51,998 nucleotides of DNA from Thermoplasmata archaeon (GCA_021817735.1 JAKAFX010000001.1:1-51998); one strand, 5' to 3'; counted from the stretch's first letter, positions 9,451 through 19,389 are shown. Numbers and translations: made by a program. The notes: generated from the sequence alone by a model not told the origin.

Positions 9451-11101
9451 GGAAGAGATCAGGAAACAGGCCATCAAGAACGCATTCCTGCATTCCGGAA
9501 TAGCGGACGCCAAGGCAGTTTCCTCAAAAATATTCGGGGAATTCCCTGAAGCAAGGAAATCGCCGAAGGACACCCTTGCGCTTATTGCAAGAGTTGTGGA
9601 ACAGGTCAACAGCCTGGGCAGGACAGCAGTAGAGGAGATAGTCCAGAAGGAATTTCCTGAATTTCTAGAGAAGGAGGAGAAAAAGGAGGAACACAGGCTC
9701 CCTGATCTTCGTAACGTGAGGGGCAGCGTTGTCATGCGTCTTGCACCATCGCCTTCTGGTCCCCTTCACCTTGGACATACCCGAATGTCCATCCTAAACG
9801 ACGAATACGTGAAACGCTACGGAGGAGAACTTATCCTCAGGCTTGAGGATACAAACCCTGCAAATATAGATCCGGAGGCCTATGAAATGATCCCGGAAGA
9901 CCTTAACAATATCGGTGTAAAGATCCACAGGATCATTATCCAATCAGAGAGAATGGAAATTTATTATGCAGAGGCAAGGAACCTCATAGCAAAGGGCCAC
10001 GCGTATGTATGCTTTTGCGCAGCAGAGGAATTGAGGAAGTTGAAGCTTCAGTCACTGGCATGCCCCCATAGGGATACAGACCCGGAAAAGAGCCTGAAGC
10101 TTTTCGACGACATGATATCCGGGGCTTTCAAGCCTGGTGCTGCGACGCTGGTGATCCAGACAGATCTGTTTCATCCCAACCCGTCCCTGAGGGACTGGAT
10201 AGCGTTCCGAATAAGCCCTGCAAAACACCCAAGGACAGGAGAAAGGTATTATGCCTTCCCGATGATGAATTTTAGCGTTGCAGTTGATGATCACAAGCTG
10301 GGGCTTACCCATGTACTAAGGGGAAAAGACCAGCTCAATAACACAGACAGGCAGAGGTTCATTTTCCAGTATAATGGCTGGACTCTGCCTGAGTATTATC
10401 ATTATGGCATGATCGCCCTTCCGGGAGAGAAGCTGAAGACATCCATCATCAGGAAGGGAATCAGGGAAGGAAAATACACGGGATGGGATGACGTCAGGCT
10501 CAACACAGTAAGGGCTCTGCTGCGAAGGGGATACCAGCCAGAAACTTTCAGGCGTTACTGGATAGAATCAGGACTCAGGGAGATTGATGCTAGTTTCTCT
10601 TGGGATATCTTCAACTCGATGAACCGGGAGGTGATCGACGGTACCTCAAAGAGGCTGTTTTTTGTTAAGGACCCTATTTCTGTAATCGTGCGTAGTGGAC
10701 CTGGGACCGCAGTCAGGATACCATTTCATCCAGAGCACAAGGACCTTGGATTCAGGGAGTTGCAGATGGGCGAAGATCCTGGGATATACATTCAGGCAGA
10801 AGACTGGAACAATCTGAACGACGGGGCCACCGTTCGTCTCAAGGATCTTTACAATGTATCAAGGTCAGGAGAAGGACTGGTATACCAGGTGGACCAAGAA
10901 TTCAACCCCAAGACAACGAAAATAATCCACTGGCTCCCAAGGGGGTCGAATGAATTCAGCGTTATGAAGCCTGACGGCTCAATCGATACCGGCCGGATCG
11001 AAAAAAGCATAGAACTAGTGGAGGGGATATCCCAGTTCGAGCGATATGGTTACGTAAAACTCCAAAAGGACAAGAAGTCAGCGCTGTTCCTGCACAGGTG
11101 A
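9440..11101 (+). CDS. gltX: Glutamate--tRNA ligase (archaeal type)
   Basis: RLAPSPSGPLHLGH, LRLEDTNP, THVLRGKD, GWDDVRL, QFERYGY. Confidence 0.98.
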   Translation: MVPEEEIRKQAIKNAFLHSGIADAKAVSSKIFGEFPEARKSPKDTLALIARVVEQVNSLGRTAVEEIVQKEFPEFLEKEEKKEEHRLPDLRNVRGSVVMRLAPSPSGPLHLGHTRMSILNDEYVKRYGGELILRLEDTNPANIDPEAYEMIPEDLNNIGVKIHRIIIQSERMEIYYAEARNLIAKGHAYVCFCAAEELRKLKLQSLACPHRDTDPEKSLKLFDDMISGAFKPGAATLVIQTDLFHPNPSLRDWIAFRISPAKHPRTGERYYAFPMMNFSVAVDDHKLGLTHVLRGKDQLNNTDRQRFIFQYNGWTLPEYYHYGMIALPGEKLKTSIIRKGIREGKYTGWDDVRLNTVRALLRRGYQPETFRRYWIESGLREIDASFSWDIFNSMNREVIDGTSKRLFFVKDPISVIVRSGPGTAVRIPFHPEHKDLGFRELQMGEDPGIYIQAEDWNNLNDGATVRLKDLYNVSRSGEGLVYQVDQEFNPKTTKIIHWLPRGSNEFSVMKPDGSIDTGRIEKSIELVEGISQFERYGYVKLQKDKKSALFLHR

Positions 11102-11104
11102 TCC

Positions 11105-11359
11105 CTATTTTGGAGGACTGACTCTTATGAACGGGGGAAAACCCTTGAGGAGTATTACATCTCCTATGGCCTTTATGAGACGGTAAGGTATGGAAATTGG
11201 AGCGCCATTCTCTACCAGCTGGCTGTTCGTCTCATCGATATAGATGCCGTAAATCAGGCTGCGATCAAAATCTATTATGACATCTGAAACCTTGCCTATC
11301 TCGATCCCCTGATGGTTGTACACAGTCCTGCCGGCAATCTGCGATAATGTAGCTTCCAT
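11105..11359 (-). CDS. PRC-barrel domain protein (CdpB-like)
   Basis: GRTVYNHQGIEIGKVSDVIID...IPYRLIKAIGDVILLK is a typical single PRC barrel. Confidence 0.88.
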   Translation of the reverse strand: MEATLSQIAGRTVYNHQGIEIGKVSDVIIDFDRSLIYGIYIDETNSQLVENGAPISIPYRLIKAIGDVILLKGFPPFIRVSPPK

Positions 11360-11443
11360 TCACTGACCTGTATTAAATGCCCCGGAAAAACTTAAATTTA
11401 TCCATCGCCACATGACAGAAGAGTTGACAATCGCTGTGTTTCA

Positions 11444-12010
11444 TCATTTCCTACAGGTTGAAACAAAGCTGGAGAATAGTTCGCGCCCATTCTGTGTATC
11501 ATTAACCTCAGGGTGGAACTGCACGCCGTAAATCGGTCTGTCTCTGTGGAAGAAGGCCTGCACTCGGCAGTTACTGGAGCTTCCAGCAAGTATCAGGGAA
11601 TCGGGGAGCTTCTTGACCTCGTCATTGTGATTTTCCCACGCAGTAAAAGTAGCGGGCAGCGAAGAGAAGATGCCATCATGCCTTGACATCTCTATGATGG
11701 TTCTGCCAAACTCTGGGGTAGACCCCGGTCCAACTTCGCCACCAAAATGGAGCGCTATGAACTGTGCACCCACGCATATGCCCAGGATTGGCACCGAAAG
11801 TTCCTCTATGTATCCGGAGATATTCCCCAACTTGTCTAGTTCCGATACGATGCTTGGAGCCCCACCGGAAAGAACGAGGCCATCCACGCCAGCCAGCTTC
11901 GACGGCTCTGTGGTGTTTGCAATGATTGTGGACTCAACCCCAAAGGACTTTAACTGGCGCCATTCCTTGTGGGTCCACTGACCACCGTTATCTACCACGT
12001 CAATGCGCAT
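11444..12010 (-). CDS. guaAA: GMP synthase subunit A (glutamine amidotransferase)
   Basis: DNGGQWTH, LSGG, PILGICVGAQ, GVQFHPEV. Confidence 0.95.
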   Translation of the reverse strand: MRIDVVDNGGQWTHKEWRQLKSFGVESTIIANTTEPSKLAGVDGLVLSGGAPSIVSELDKLGNISGYIEELSVPILGICVGAQFIALHFGGEVGPGSTPEFGRTIIEMSRHDGIFSSLPATFTAWENHNDEVKKLPDSLILAGSSSNCRVQAFFHRDRPIYGVQFHPEVNDTQNGRELFSSFVSTCRK

Positions 12011-12013
12011 TGG

Positions 12014-12943
12014 CTATTCCAGACCCGGGATATCCAGTGCCTTGCTTATTTCTTTGTACCTATTCCGGATGGTGACTTCAGTAACACCAGATACTCTTGC
12101 CACCTCTTTCTGCGTCCTTGGCTTTCCCACCAGCACCGAAGCTATATAGATGGAAGCAGCTGCCACGCCTGTTGGGCCTTTTCCAGACGAAATGCCGCTT
12201 TCAATTGATTTTCTCACGATTTCTTCACTTATGACTATGGCCTGCTTGTCCAGATCAAGCTTGTTGCAAAACTGTGCTACATAAGAATAAGGTGTGGTCG
12301 GTTTTAGGTTGAGGCTCAGTTCCTTTGCCAGATGCCTGTACGCCTTTCCAATCTTCTTCTTGTTAACCTCAGACGCCTTGGAAATTTCATCAAGAGTCCT
12401 CGGGAGATTTACCATCCTGCAGGCTGCATAAAGCGATGCGCATACTATGCTCTCAATGCTCCTGCCCCTGATAAGGTTCTTTTCCACTGCTCTCCTGTAA
12501 ACCAGGGCAGCAGTTTCTTTTATATCTTTCGGGATGCCGAGTTTTCCGCCATTGTCATTGAGCATCTGCAGAGCAAGAGACAGGTTTCTTTCGGCTGCAT
12601 TGCTTACTCTTATTCTCTGGTGCCACTTTCTCACCCTGTAGATTTGAGCCCTGTTCTTATGCGGTATCCTCTTGCCATAATAATCCTTGTTTGACCAGGA
12701 AATCTCGGTTGCAAGGCCTTTGTCGTGACTCAGGAAAGTCATTGGTGATCCAGTTCTTGCTCTTCTTTCATCCTGCTCAGAATCGAAAGATCTCCATTCC
12801 GGGCCCTGGTCAATAAGCGAATCCTCCAAAACGATCCCACAATCATTGCAAATCAATTCCCCTCTCTCATAATCCCTGAACAGATGCTCAGAGCCACATT
12901 CTAGACACTTTTTTCCCTGTAAGTCACGTGCAACCGACGCCAT
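12014..12943 (-). CDS. tfb: Transcription initiation factor IIB
   Basis: Zn ribbon CLEC...CNDC, IDQGPEWR, two cyclin repeats, GVTEVTIRNRYKE. AGGTG RBS. Confidence 0.99.
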   Translation of the reverse strand: MASVARDLQGKKCLECGSEHLFRDYERGELICNDCGIVLEDSLIDQGPEWRSFDSEQDERRARTGSPMTFLSHDKGLATEISWSNKDYYGKRIPHKNRAQIYRVRKWHQRIRVSNAAERNLSLALQMLNDNGGKLGIPKDIKETAALVYRRAVEKNLIRGRSIESIVCASLYAACRMVNLPRTLDEISKASEVNKKKIGKAYRHLAKELSLNLKPTTPYSYVAQFCNKLDLDKQAIVISEEIVRKSIESGISSGKGPTGVAAASIYIASVLVGKPRTQKEVARVSGVTEVTIRNRYKEISKALDIPGLE

Positions 12944-13100
12944 CGAAACACCTTTATAGTTAGTTGTTTCCCCACATTGGGATCTTTATTAAACCTTTTG
13001 CTTAAGTATTATGGGGAGTGTTCGCGTTTAAATACATTTCCAGCACGGAGAATATAGCCTGGCTAAAAAGGTTATAATTATCATGAGCGATTGTCTTCCA

Positions 13101-13667
13101 ATGAATATTTCCGATGTGAGATCCTACATCGAAGAAGGCCTGAAAGCGAGAAGCAAGATCGATCCTGAACTGGTGCTGCATCTTGGGGAAAAAATGGCGG
13201 AGAGCGTCAAGTCGGGAAACAAGATAATAATATTCGGGAACGGTGGTAGTGCTGCGGATGCTCAGCACATCGCAGCAGAATTTGTTGGAAGGTTCGAGAA
13301 AGAGAGAAGGCCGATACCAGCCCTGGCCCTTCACGCAAATACCTCATCTTTAACGGCAATTGCAAACGACTATGGCTACGAGCATGTCTTTGAAAGGCAG
13401 ATTGAAGCATTCGCCAGGAAAGGGGACGTTGTAATCGGCATATCAACCAGCGGAAATGCACCTAACGTTCTAAATGCAATCACCGCGGCCAGGAGAATCG
13501 GTTGCCTGACCATAGGAATGACAGGATCAAAGGGTGGCAAACTTTCTCAGGCAGCGGAGGTATCCATAAAGATAGAGAGCGACAGGACGTCTATCATCCA
13601 GGAATGTCACATAGCCATAGGGCATATGATTTCAAAGATAGTGGAAGACAGGATCGATAGCATTTAA
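13101..13667 (+). CDS. gmhA: D-sedoheptulose 7-phosphate isomerase
   Basis: GNGGSAADAQH, ANDYGY, STSGN, IQECH. Start placed at ATG 13101, ~25 nt after AAAAGGTTATAA (ATG 13083 is an alternative). Confidence 0.96.
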   Translation: MNISDVRSYIEEGLKARSKIDPELVLHLGEKMAESVKSGNKIIIFGNGGSAADAQHIAAEFVGRFEKERRPIPALALHANTSSLTAIANDYGYEHVFERQIEAFARKGDVVIGISTSGNAPNVLNAITAARRIGCLTIGMTGSKGGKLSQAAEVSIKIESDRTSIIQECHIAIGHMISKIVEDRIDSI

Positions 13668-13697
13668 TTTGTGGAGAATATCCAAACCGGCTTAAGG

Positions 13698-14612
13698 ATG
13701 AACAACAAGAGAATCATAGTTACAGGCGGAGCAGGCTTCATAGGTACTAACCTGGTCAGAAAGTTATGCGATAACAACCAGGTGACAGTCGTAGATAATC
13801 TGCATACCGGCTCAGTAGAGAATATCAAGGATCTTGTGGACAGCGGAAAGGTAAGATTCGTGAAGAGCGACGTCAAAAATCTCAGAAAATCCGGCATAGA
13901 TGCGGACGTTGTTTTTCACTTGGGGATTTACTCTGCTTCCCCAATGTACAGGAAGGATCCCCAGCTTGTTTCTGAGGTCATTGCTGGAACCATTGATGTA
14001 CTTGAATACGTCAAGGAAAGGAATGCGAAACTGGTGTTTGCCTCCACCTCATCCATATACAACAGTATTGACCCTCCGCACCGCGAGAACATAATCCCTC
14101 TGGTTACTGATTTCTATACCGAGGCAAGGCTCTCTGCAGAGCGGCTGCTTGAGCTGTATAACAAACTCTTTGGCATCGATGCCCAAGCTGTTAGGTTTTT
14201 CTCGGTCTATGGCAAGTATGAAAAGGCCAAGGAGGGTTATGCCAATCTCGCCACACAGTTCCTTCTTGCAATGAAGCACGACAGGCAGCCGGAAATCTAT
14301 GGTGATGGCACGCAGAGGAGGGACTTCATATATGCAGAGGATCTGGCAGACCTGCTCATAGCAGCAAGCTCAAAGAAAGGATTCAATGTGTATAACGCAG
14401 GCACAGGAAAGAATTATGATCTCAACGAGCTCGTAGCCATGATCAACAGGATGCTTGGGAAGAACATCAAGCCAAAATACGTGCAGATGCCTGTCAAGAA
14501 CTATGTTATGGTGACGCTCGCAGACACGACAAAAATCAAAAAGGAACTAGGGTTTGAGCCAAAGGTGCCCCTAGAAACTGGGTTGGAAATTATCAATAAA
14601 TTCTACAGTTGA
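13698..14612 (+). CDS. NAD-dependent sugar-nucleotide epimerase/dehydratase (extended SDR)
   Basis: TGGAGFIG, ASTSSIY, RFFSVYG, GDGTQRRDFIY. Lies between gmhA and hddA. GTG 13671 is an alternative start. Confidence 0.93.
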   Translation: MNNKRIIVTGGAGFIGTNLVRKLCDNNQVTVVDNLHTGSVENIKDLVDSGKVRFVKSDVKNLRKSGIDADVVFHLGIYSASPMYRKDPQLVSEVIAGTIDVLEYVKERNAKLVFASTSSIYNSIDPPHRENIIPLVTDFYTEARLSAERLLELYNKLFGIDAQAVRFFSVYGKYEKAKEGYANLATQFLLAMKHDRQPEIYGDGTQRRDFIYAEDLADLLIAASSKKGFNVYNAGTGKNYDLNELVAMINRMLGKNIKPKYVQMPVKNYVMVTLADTTKIKKELGFEPKVPLETGLEIINKFYS

Positions 14613-14616
14613 TCTG

Positions 14617-15603
14617 ATGAAAGACCGGATGATTATCTCAAGGACTCCGCTACGGATAACGTTTACTGGAGGCGGGACCGATCTCCCTGCATATTTTTGC
14701 GCTAATCCTCCAGGACGAGTTCTTTCAGCAGCAATAGACAAGTATATTCACGTCACTGTCAACAAGAAGTTTGACAACAAGATTAGGGTGAGCTACTCCG
14801 TCACCGAAATAGTCGACAATGTAGACCAGATCGTCCATCCGAGTGTGAGGGAAGCTTTGAGGCTTCTGAACATCGATGGTGGAATCGAGATTGTCAGCAT
14901 TTCTGACATCCCCTCAAGGGGAACAGGTCTCGGTTCCAGCAGTACATTTCTTGTGGGCCTGCTTAATGCACTACACGCCTATAGAGGTGAGTTCGTCTCA
15001 GCAGATGAACTTGGCAGGGAAGCCGTCCAGGTTGAACGAAGGATACTACGTGAACCAGGCGGTCTGCAGGACCAGTACATGGCAGCCTTTGGCGGAATGC
15101 AGATGCTTGAGTTTTATCCGGACTGGAGTGTAAGGAACTCCCCAGTTATCATGAAGGAAGAGTACCGTGAAGCGCTCATGGAGAACCTATTATTGCTCTA
15201 CACCGGGAGGGAGAGGAGTTCGACGTCGATCCATGAGAATCAGAGTAAGGCTGTTGCATACAATGAGAAGATGTACAACAAGATGAAGGATCTCACGATG
15301 AAACTGTTTGGGAAACTGTCATCGGGGGATCTAAATGAAGTTGGGCGAATCATGGATGCAAATTGGCAGCTCAAGAAGGAGCTTGCCGATGGGATCAGTG
15401 ATCCTGAAATTGATCGGCTGTATAACCTGGCCATAATGAACGGGGCACTCGGAGGAAAACTGATTGGTGCTGGCGGGGGAGGTTTTCTCCTCTTTTATGC
15501 ACCAAAGGAAATGCAGCCAGGAATTGTTTCCTCACTTGGACTCCGTAAAGTTGACTTCAAGATTGATTTCCAGGGAAGCAGGATAGTTTTTGTAGGGGAA
15601 TAG
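14617..15603 (+). CDS. hddA: D-glycero-alpha-D-manno-heptose 7-phosphate kinase (GHMP family)
   Basis: RTPLRITFTGGGTD, PSRGTGLGSSS, GGLQDQY, GGKLIGAGGGGF. Confidence 0.9.
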   Translation: MKDRMIISRTPLRITFTGGGTDLPAYFCANPPGRVLSAAIDKYIHVTVNKKFDNKIRVSYSVTEIVDNVDQIVHPSVREALRLLNIDGGIEIVSISDIPSRGTGLGSSSTFLVGLLNALHAYRGEFVSADELGREAVQVERRILREPGGLQDQYMAAFGGMQMLEFYPDWSVRNSPVIMKEEYREALMENLLLLYTGRERSSTSIHENQSKAVAYNEKMYNKMKDLTMKLFGKLSSGDLNEVGRIMDANWQLKKELADGISDPEIDRLYNLAIMNGALGGKLIGAGGGGFLLFYAPKEMQPGIVSSLGLRKVDFKIDFQGSRIVFVGE

Positions 15604-15676
15604 AAACTCTTCAAGCCGGCTGGGGCTCAGGCCGCGGATCTTCCCGTTGCAATGTGGCTCAACCATTGTAGGTCGT

Positions 15677-15694
15677 AGTTATATCTGCATAACT
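15677..15694. promoter_or_regulatory. Inverted repeat AGTTAT-N6-ATAACT overlapping the TATA box of the ArsA-like gene
   Basis: Perfect 6-bp arms read directly. TTATAT at 15679-15684, ~20 nt before ATG 15704. Confidence 0.4.
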
Positions 15695-15703
15695 GTTCTC
15701 TGA

Positions 15704-16528
15704 ATGACTTACATGATACTGGCATTTGTAGGGAAGGGAGGGGTGGGAAAGACCACAGTTTCTTCCGCAGTAGCGTTGAATCTTTCAAATATTGGTCCTA
15801 CAGCTATTGTATCAAGCGACTTCATGTCATCGCTCAGGCACGTTTTTCCGGAGGACCCCAAGAATCTATCCGTTATAGAACTCAAAGAGCGAGAAGTGGC
15901 CGAAAACTGGAAGCAGAAATACGGAACAGAAGTCATGGCAGTGCTCGATGACTTCGTGGAGGTTGACCAGTGGATGATTGACCATATTGCATACAGTCCA
16001 GGGGTTGCAGAGGAGTTCATGATTTCAAACATAGTGGACCTTGACAAATCTCGAAAATATGATTATGTGGTATGGGACACCGCAGCATCGTCATCAACCA
16101 TGCATTTACTCTTTCTGGAGAAGGAATTCTATGGACACCTAGACAGGGATGTGCAGATACTAGTCAGGATCAAGGATCGATTCAGGTCAAGCAAGACATA
16201 CAGGATCCTTCAGGAGTGGAAGGAACTCGCCAATAACGTCTGGAACGCTCTCCTCGGAACGGAATTCTTTACGGTTTCCACCATGGATGAACTTAGCTTG
16301 ATCCAGGCTGACGAGATAACGAAGGATCTCAAGTCAATGGGACTGGCCGCAAGAGGGGAGATCTTCAACCGTGTCAAAGTAAGGAATGCTGGAAGTTTAC
16401 ATGGAGTAGGGGAATTGCCTGAGGTTGATGGAAACGCGATAGAGGTCGTTCACAAGTTGCAAGGCGAACTGCTAGGGTTCACCGATCGTTTCATTCGACA
16501 AGAGAAAACGCAAAATACCTCATTCTAA
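15704..16528 (+). CDS. ArsA/GET3-family ATPase (single domain)
   Basis: Deviant Walker A GKGGVGKTT, PGVAEE, YDYVVWDTA. Confidence 0.9.
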   Translation: MTYMILAFVGKGGVGKTTVSSAVALNLSNIGPTAIVSSDFMSSLRHVFPEDPKNLSVIELKEREVAENWKQKYGTEVMAVLDDFVEVDQWMIDHIAYSPGVAEEFMISNIVDLDKSRKYDYVVWDTAASSSTMHLLFLEKEFYGHLDRDVQILVRIKDRFRSSKTYRILQEWKELANNVWNALLGTEFFTVSTMDELSLIQADEITKDLKSMGLAARGEIFNRVKVRNAGSLHGVGELPEVDGNAIEVVHKLQGELLGFTDRFIRQEKTQNTSF

Positions 16529-16605
16529 AACATCATTGAAAACCACTCCGTTCCTTGAACAGCAAACAATGGTTGGAAAACATGCAGCGCAACCTAGGTG
16601 CAATA

Positions 16606-16677
16606 TGCGAGAGCCGGGATTCGAACCCGGGTTTAGAGCTTGGGAAGCTCCAGTGATAACCACTACACTACTCTCGC
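16606..16677 (-). tRNA. tRNA-Gly (CCC)
   Basis: Minus strand GCGAGAG...GGAGC-TTCCCAA-GCTCT...CCGGGTTCGAATCCCGG-CTCTCGC-A. Full cloverleaf, no intron, CCA not encoded. Confidence 0.97.
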
Positions 16678-16845
16678 CTCTGGATGATGGAATGAGCCAT
16701 TGGTGATGCCTGAACATTCTATAAATCTGATCACGGCCAATCAAATGCCTGCAAGGGCAAGCAACACGATCAAATCATTAAAACGGGGTGCGTTACTCAA
16801 TATCCGCAGAAAACTAAAAAGTTAAAGGTCTTGAGTTTAAGCAGT

Positions 16846-16868
16846 GTGAAAAAAATGGGAAGGGGTGG
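16846..16868 (-). terminator. Pyrimidine/oligo-T terminator of gdhA
   Basis: CCACCCCTTCCCATTTTTTTCAC immediately after the stop codon. Confidence 0.55.
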
Positions 16869-18134
16869 CTAATACCAGCCCCTCAGTTTCATTGCGTCTG
16901 CAACGCGCTTCACGGAAATGGTGTATGCAGCTGTTCTTGGATCGACCTTCAACTTCTCCGAAGAGTCAAGAACCTGTTTGGTTGCCTCCGTGAGCTTTTG
17001 GTCAAGCTTGTTGTATACCTCTTCCTCAGTCCAGTAGTAGCCAGACACATTCTGGGTCCACTCGAAGTAAGATACCGTTACCCCTCCGGAGTTCGCAAGG
17101 AAATCTGGAAGCAGGAGTATCCCGTTCTTATGGAATATTTCATCTGCTTCTGGAGTAGTAGGTCCATTGGCCAGTTCAAGAATCACCTTAGCTCGGACCT
17201 TGCTTGCGTTGTCTTCTGTGAGCTGGTTCTCAATAGCTGAAGGGATGAGCACATCAACCTTAAGCTCGAGTAGTTCTTCGTTGGTGATCTTCTTTGAACC
17301 GGGGAACCCAACAACCGAACCTGTTTTCTTCTTGTGAGCCAGGAGATCCTGGAAGTTGATTCCCTTCTCGGAGTAAATTCCACCAGAGGTGTCAGATACT
17401 GCAACGACCTTCGAACCGAATAGTTCCTGCACTAACTTGACTGCGAACTGCCCTGCGTTCCCAAAGCCCTGGATTGCTACCGTTGCCTTTGAAAGGTCCA
17501 TTCCCTTTCTCTTTGCAGCTTCCCTGAGGACATACATACCTCCTCTAGCAGTTGCGTCTCCTCTCCCAAGCGAGCCGCCGATCTCTATAGGCTTTCCTGT
17601 TATTACACCAGGCGAGGACTTCCTTGCTATGTTCTCGTACTCGTCCATCATCCAGGCCATAATCTGAGGGGTTGTGTATACGTCTGGGGCGGGAATGTCC
17701 ACTTCTGGCCCTATGAATTCTCCAACTGCCCTTACATAGGCCCTGCTGAGTCTTTCGAGTTCGCCTGAGCTGAGTTTCTTTGGATCGCAGATGACTCCTC
17801 CCTTCGCGCCACCAAGAGGAATGTTCACGATTGCGGTTTTCCAGGTCATCCATGCTGCGAGTGCCTTCACTGTTGATAGGCTCTCTTCAGGGTGGAACCT
17901 AATGCCTCCTTTTACGGGGCCCCTGGCTGCATTGTAATGCACCCTGAATCCAGTAAAAACCTTGGTCTCTCCCGAATCCATCCTTACTGGAATTCTGAAT
18001 TGAAGAATCTGTTGTGGTTCTCTCAGAAGTTCCAGAGCCTGGCTATCCAGGTGTATCACTTTGGCTGCCTTTTCGAGCTGTCTCACAGCTATATCAAAAG
18101 GATCAAGATCCTCGATAGGTTTCTGTTGCTGCAT
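16869..18134 (-). CDS. gdhA: Glutamate dehydrogenase
   Basis: [47 protein letters not shown]. Start trimmed to ATG 18134 ([13 protein letters not shown]). Confidence 0.97.
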   Translation of the reverse strand: MQQQKPIEDLDPFDIAVRQLEKAAKVIHLDSQALELLREPQQILQFRIPVRMDSGETKVFTGFRVHYNAARGPVKGGIRFHPEESLSTVKALAAWMTWKTAIVNIPLGGAKGGVICDPKKLSSGELERLSRAYVRAVGEFIGPEVDIPAPDVYTTPQIMAWMMDEYENIARKSSPGVITGKPIEIGGSLGRGDATARGGMYVLREAAKRKGMDLSKATVAIQGFGNAGQFAVKLVQELFGSKVVAVSDTSGGIYSEKGINFQDLLAHKKKTGSVVGFPGSKKITNEELLELKVDVLIPSAIENQLTEDNASKVRAKVILELANGPTTPEADEIFHKNGILLLPDFLANSGGVTVSYFEWTQNVSGYYWTEEEVYNKLDQKLTEATKQVLDSSEKLKVDPRTAAYTISVKRVADAMKLRGWY

Positions 18135-18293
18135 GTTTTCATCTCGCCATTTAAGGCTGGCGGTCATCTCGTGTGCGATATTTAACTTATTCACGGTTAT
18201 ATGAGGCGTACACTGATGTGGATGTTTTATTTTGATGATCGCCTGCACGGCTATGTTTCTCAAGGGTTAAATCAGATGCTTCACTGATCAAAG

Positions 18294-19328
18294 ATGACTG
18301 ATGATTTGCCGGAAGTCAGGCACGGCCATCCCTTCGTAATGTATGAAATGCTGAAGTCAGTTCCAGGAAGTATGTCTGAGATATCTGGAAGTATGGAAGA
18401 CTTCCGTGCCAGCTTCTTAAGAGGCAACCTGAACTTCACTGGGAATGGGACGGCATATCACGCTGCGGCAATTGGATCATATTTCCTGAGAAATTCAGAG
18501 AAAGAGTCCCGGTGCATTCAGGCTTTTGAACTAGAGAAGTATGAGAATATCAGTGGAACATTGGCAGCCGTATCCCACAGTGGAAAGACCAAATCAACCT
18601 TGGATGCAATGATCAAATTCCGGGGAAAGGTGTTGACGGTTGGTATCACGCATGACACTACATCTCCGATTGCACTGAACTCTGATGTTCATATAGCTCT
18701 ACCCAACCGAGATCTGAGTCTCTGCAATACCAGGGCCTTCTACAACAACGCCATAGCCGTGATGCACATTTCCGCTGCCTACTCCGGAATGGACCCAGGG
18801 ATCAGGAAGGCTGTTTCTGACATATCTGAAATTATTTCCTCATGCGAACAGCGTGTCAAGGAAGTTGTTCAAAGGATGAGCATACCTGATCACATATACG
18901 TCTTGGGTGCAGGCCCAAATTACTACTGCGCAAGAGAAGCAGCCCAGAAGATCAAGGAAGCGACTCACATTCCTGCAGAAGGGATCGAGCTGGAAGAATT
19001 CAACCATGGATGTACTGCCGTGATGTCAGAAAAGACCCTTATAGTGCTAATTTGTACGGACACGGTCGAGCAGAGAGCCATGGACATAATACGAGGGGCA
19101 AGACATGTGGGATCTCCCGTCCTGACCATAAACGGTGAGGCAGATGATAATCTCAGCATAAGAACACCAGAATCGGAGGTTCTTTCCCCGCTTTACAACA
19201 TTGGCCCCCTATATTTCCTGGCATATTACTTGGCTTTGAAAACCGGAGTAAACCCTGATCTACTTAGGTTTGACGACCGAAGGTATAGGGACTATGACAA
19301 CGAGGTGTTTCCACCGGGAACTCACTGA
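18294..19328 (+). CDS. Double-SIS-domain sugar-phosphate isomerase/deaminase (GlmS C-terminal/GlmD/FrlB-like)
   Basis: GNGTAYHAA, VSHSGKT, AREAAQKIKE...AEG...EFNHG, LAYYLALKTGVNPD. No glutaminase domain. Confidence 0.88.
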   Translation: MTDDLPEVRHGHPFVMYEMLKSVPGSMSEISGSMEDFRASFLRGNLNFTGNGTAYHAAAIGSYFLRNSEKESRCIQAFELEKYENISGTLAAVSHSGKTKSTLDAMIKFRGKVLTVGITHDTTSPIALNSDVHIALPNRDLSLCNTRAFYNNAIAVMHISAAYSGMDPGIRKAVSDISEIISSCEQRVKEVVQRMSIPDHIYVLGAGPNYYCAREAAQKIKEATHIPAEGIELEEFNHGCTAVMSEKTLIVLICTDTVEQRAMDIIRGARHVGSPVLTINGEADDNLSIRTPESEVLSPLYNIGPLYFLAYYLALKTGVNPDLLRFDDRRYRDYDNEVFPPGTH

Positions 19329-19389
19329 GTAACTGAATGATTGAAGCGTAAAGATATATGTGGCTGAATGTGATCTGTGGTGGATTATA

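Noticed and set aside
11400..11447. C-box-like ATGATGA (minus strand) at the guaAA stop, a possible C/D sRNA
   Set aside because: No CTGA D box at a suitable distance. Explained by tandem stop codons.
16684..16730. ATGATGG...CTGA...CTGA, a possible C/D box sRNA
   Set aside because: Imperfect C box, no clear C' box, and it overlaps the tRNA-Gly promoter on the other strand.
18135..18263. N-terminal extension of gdhA in the ORF track (likewise for gyrB, sucC, thyX and the methyltransferase)
   Set aside because: The extensions lack family resemblance and span promoters or neighbouring genes. Downstream starts fit RBS/TATA spacing better.
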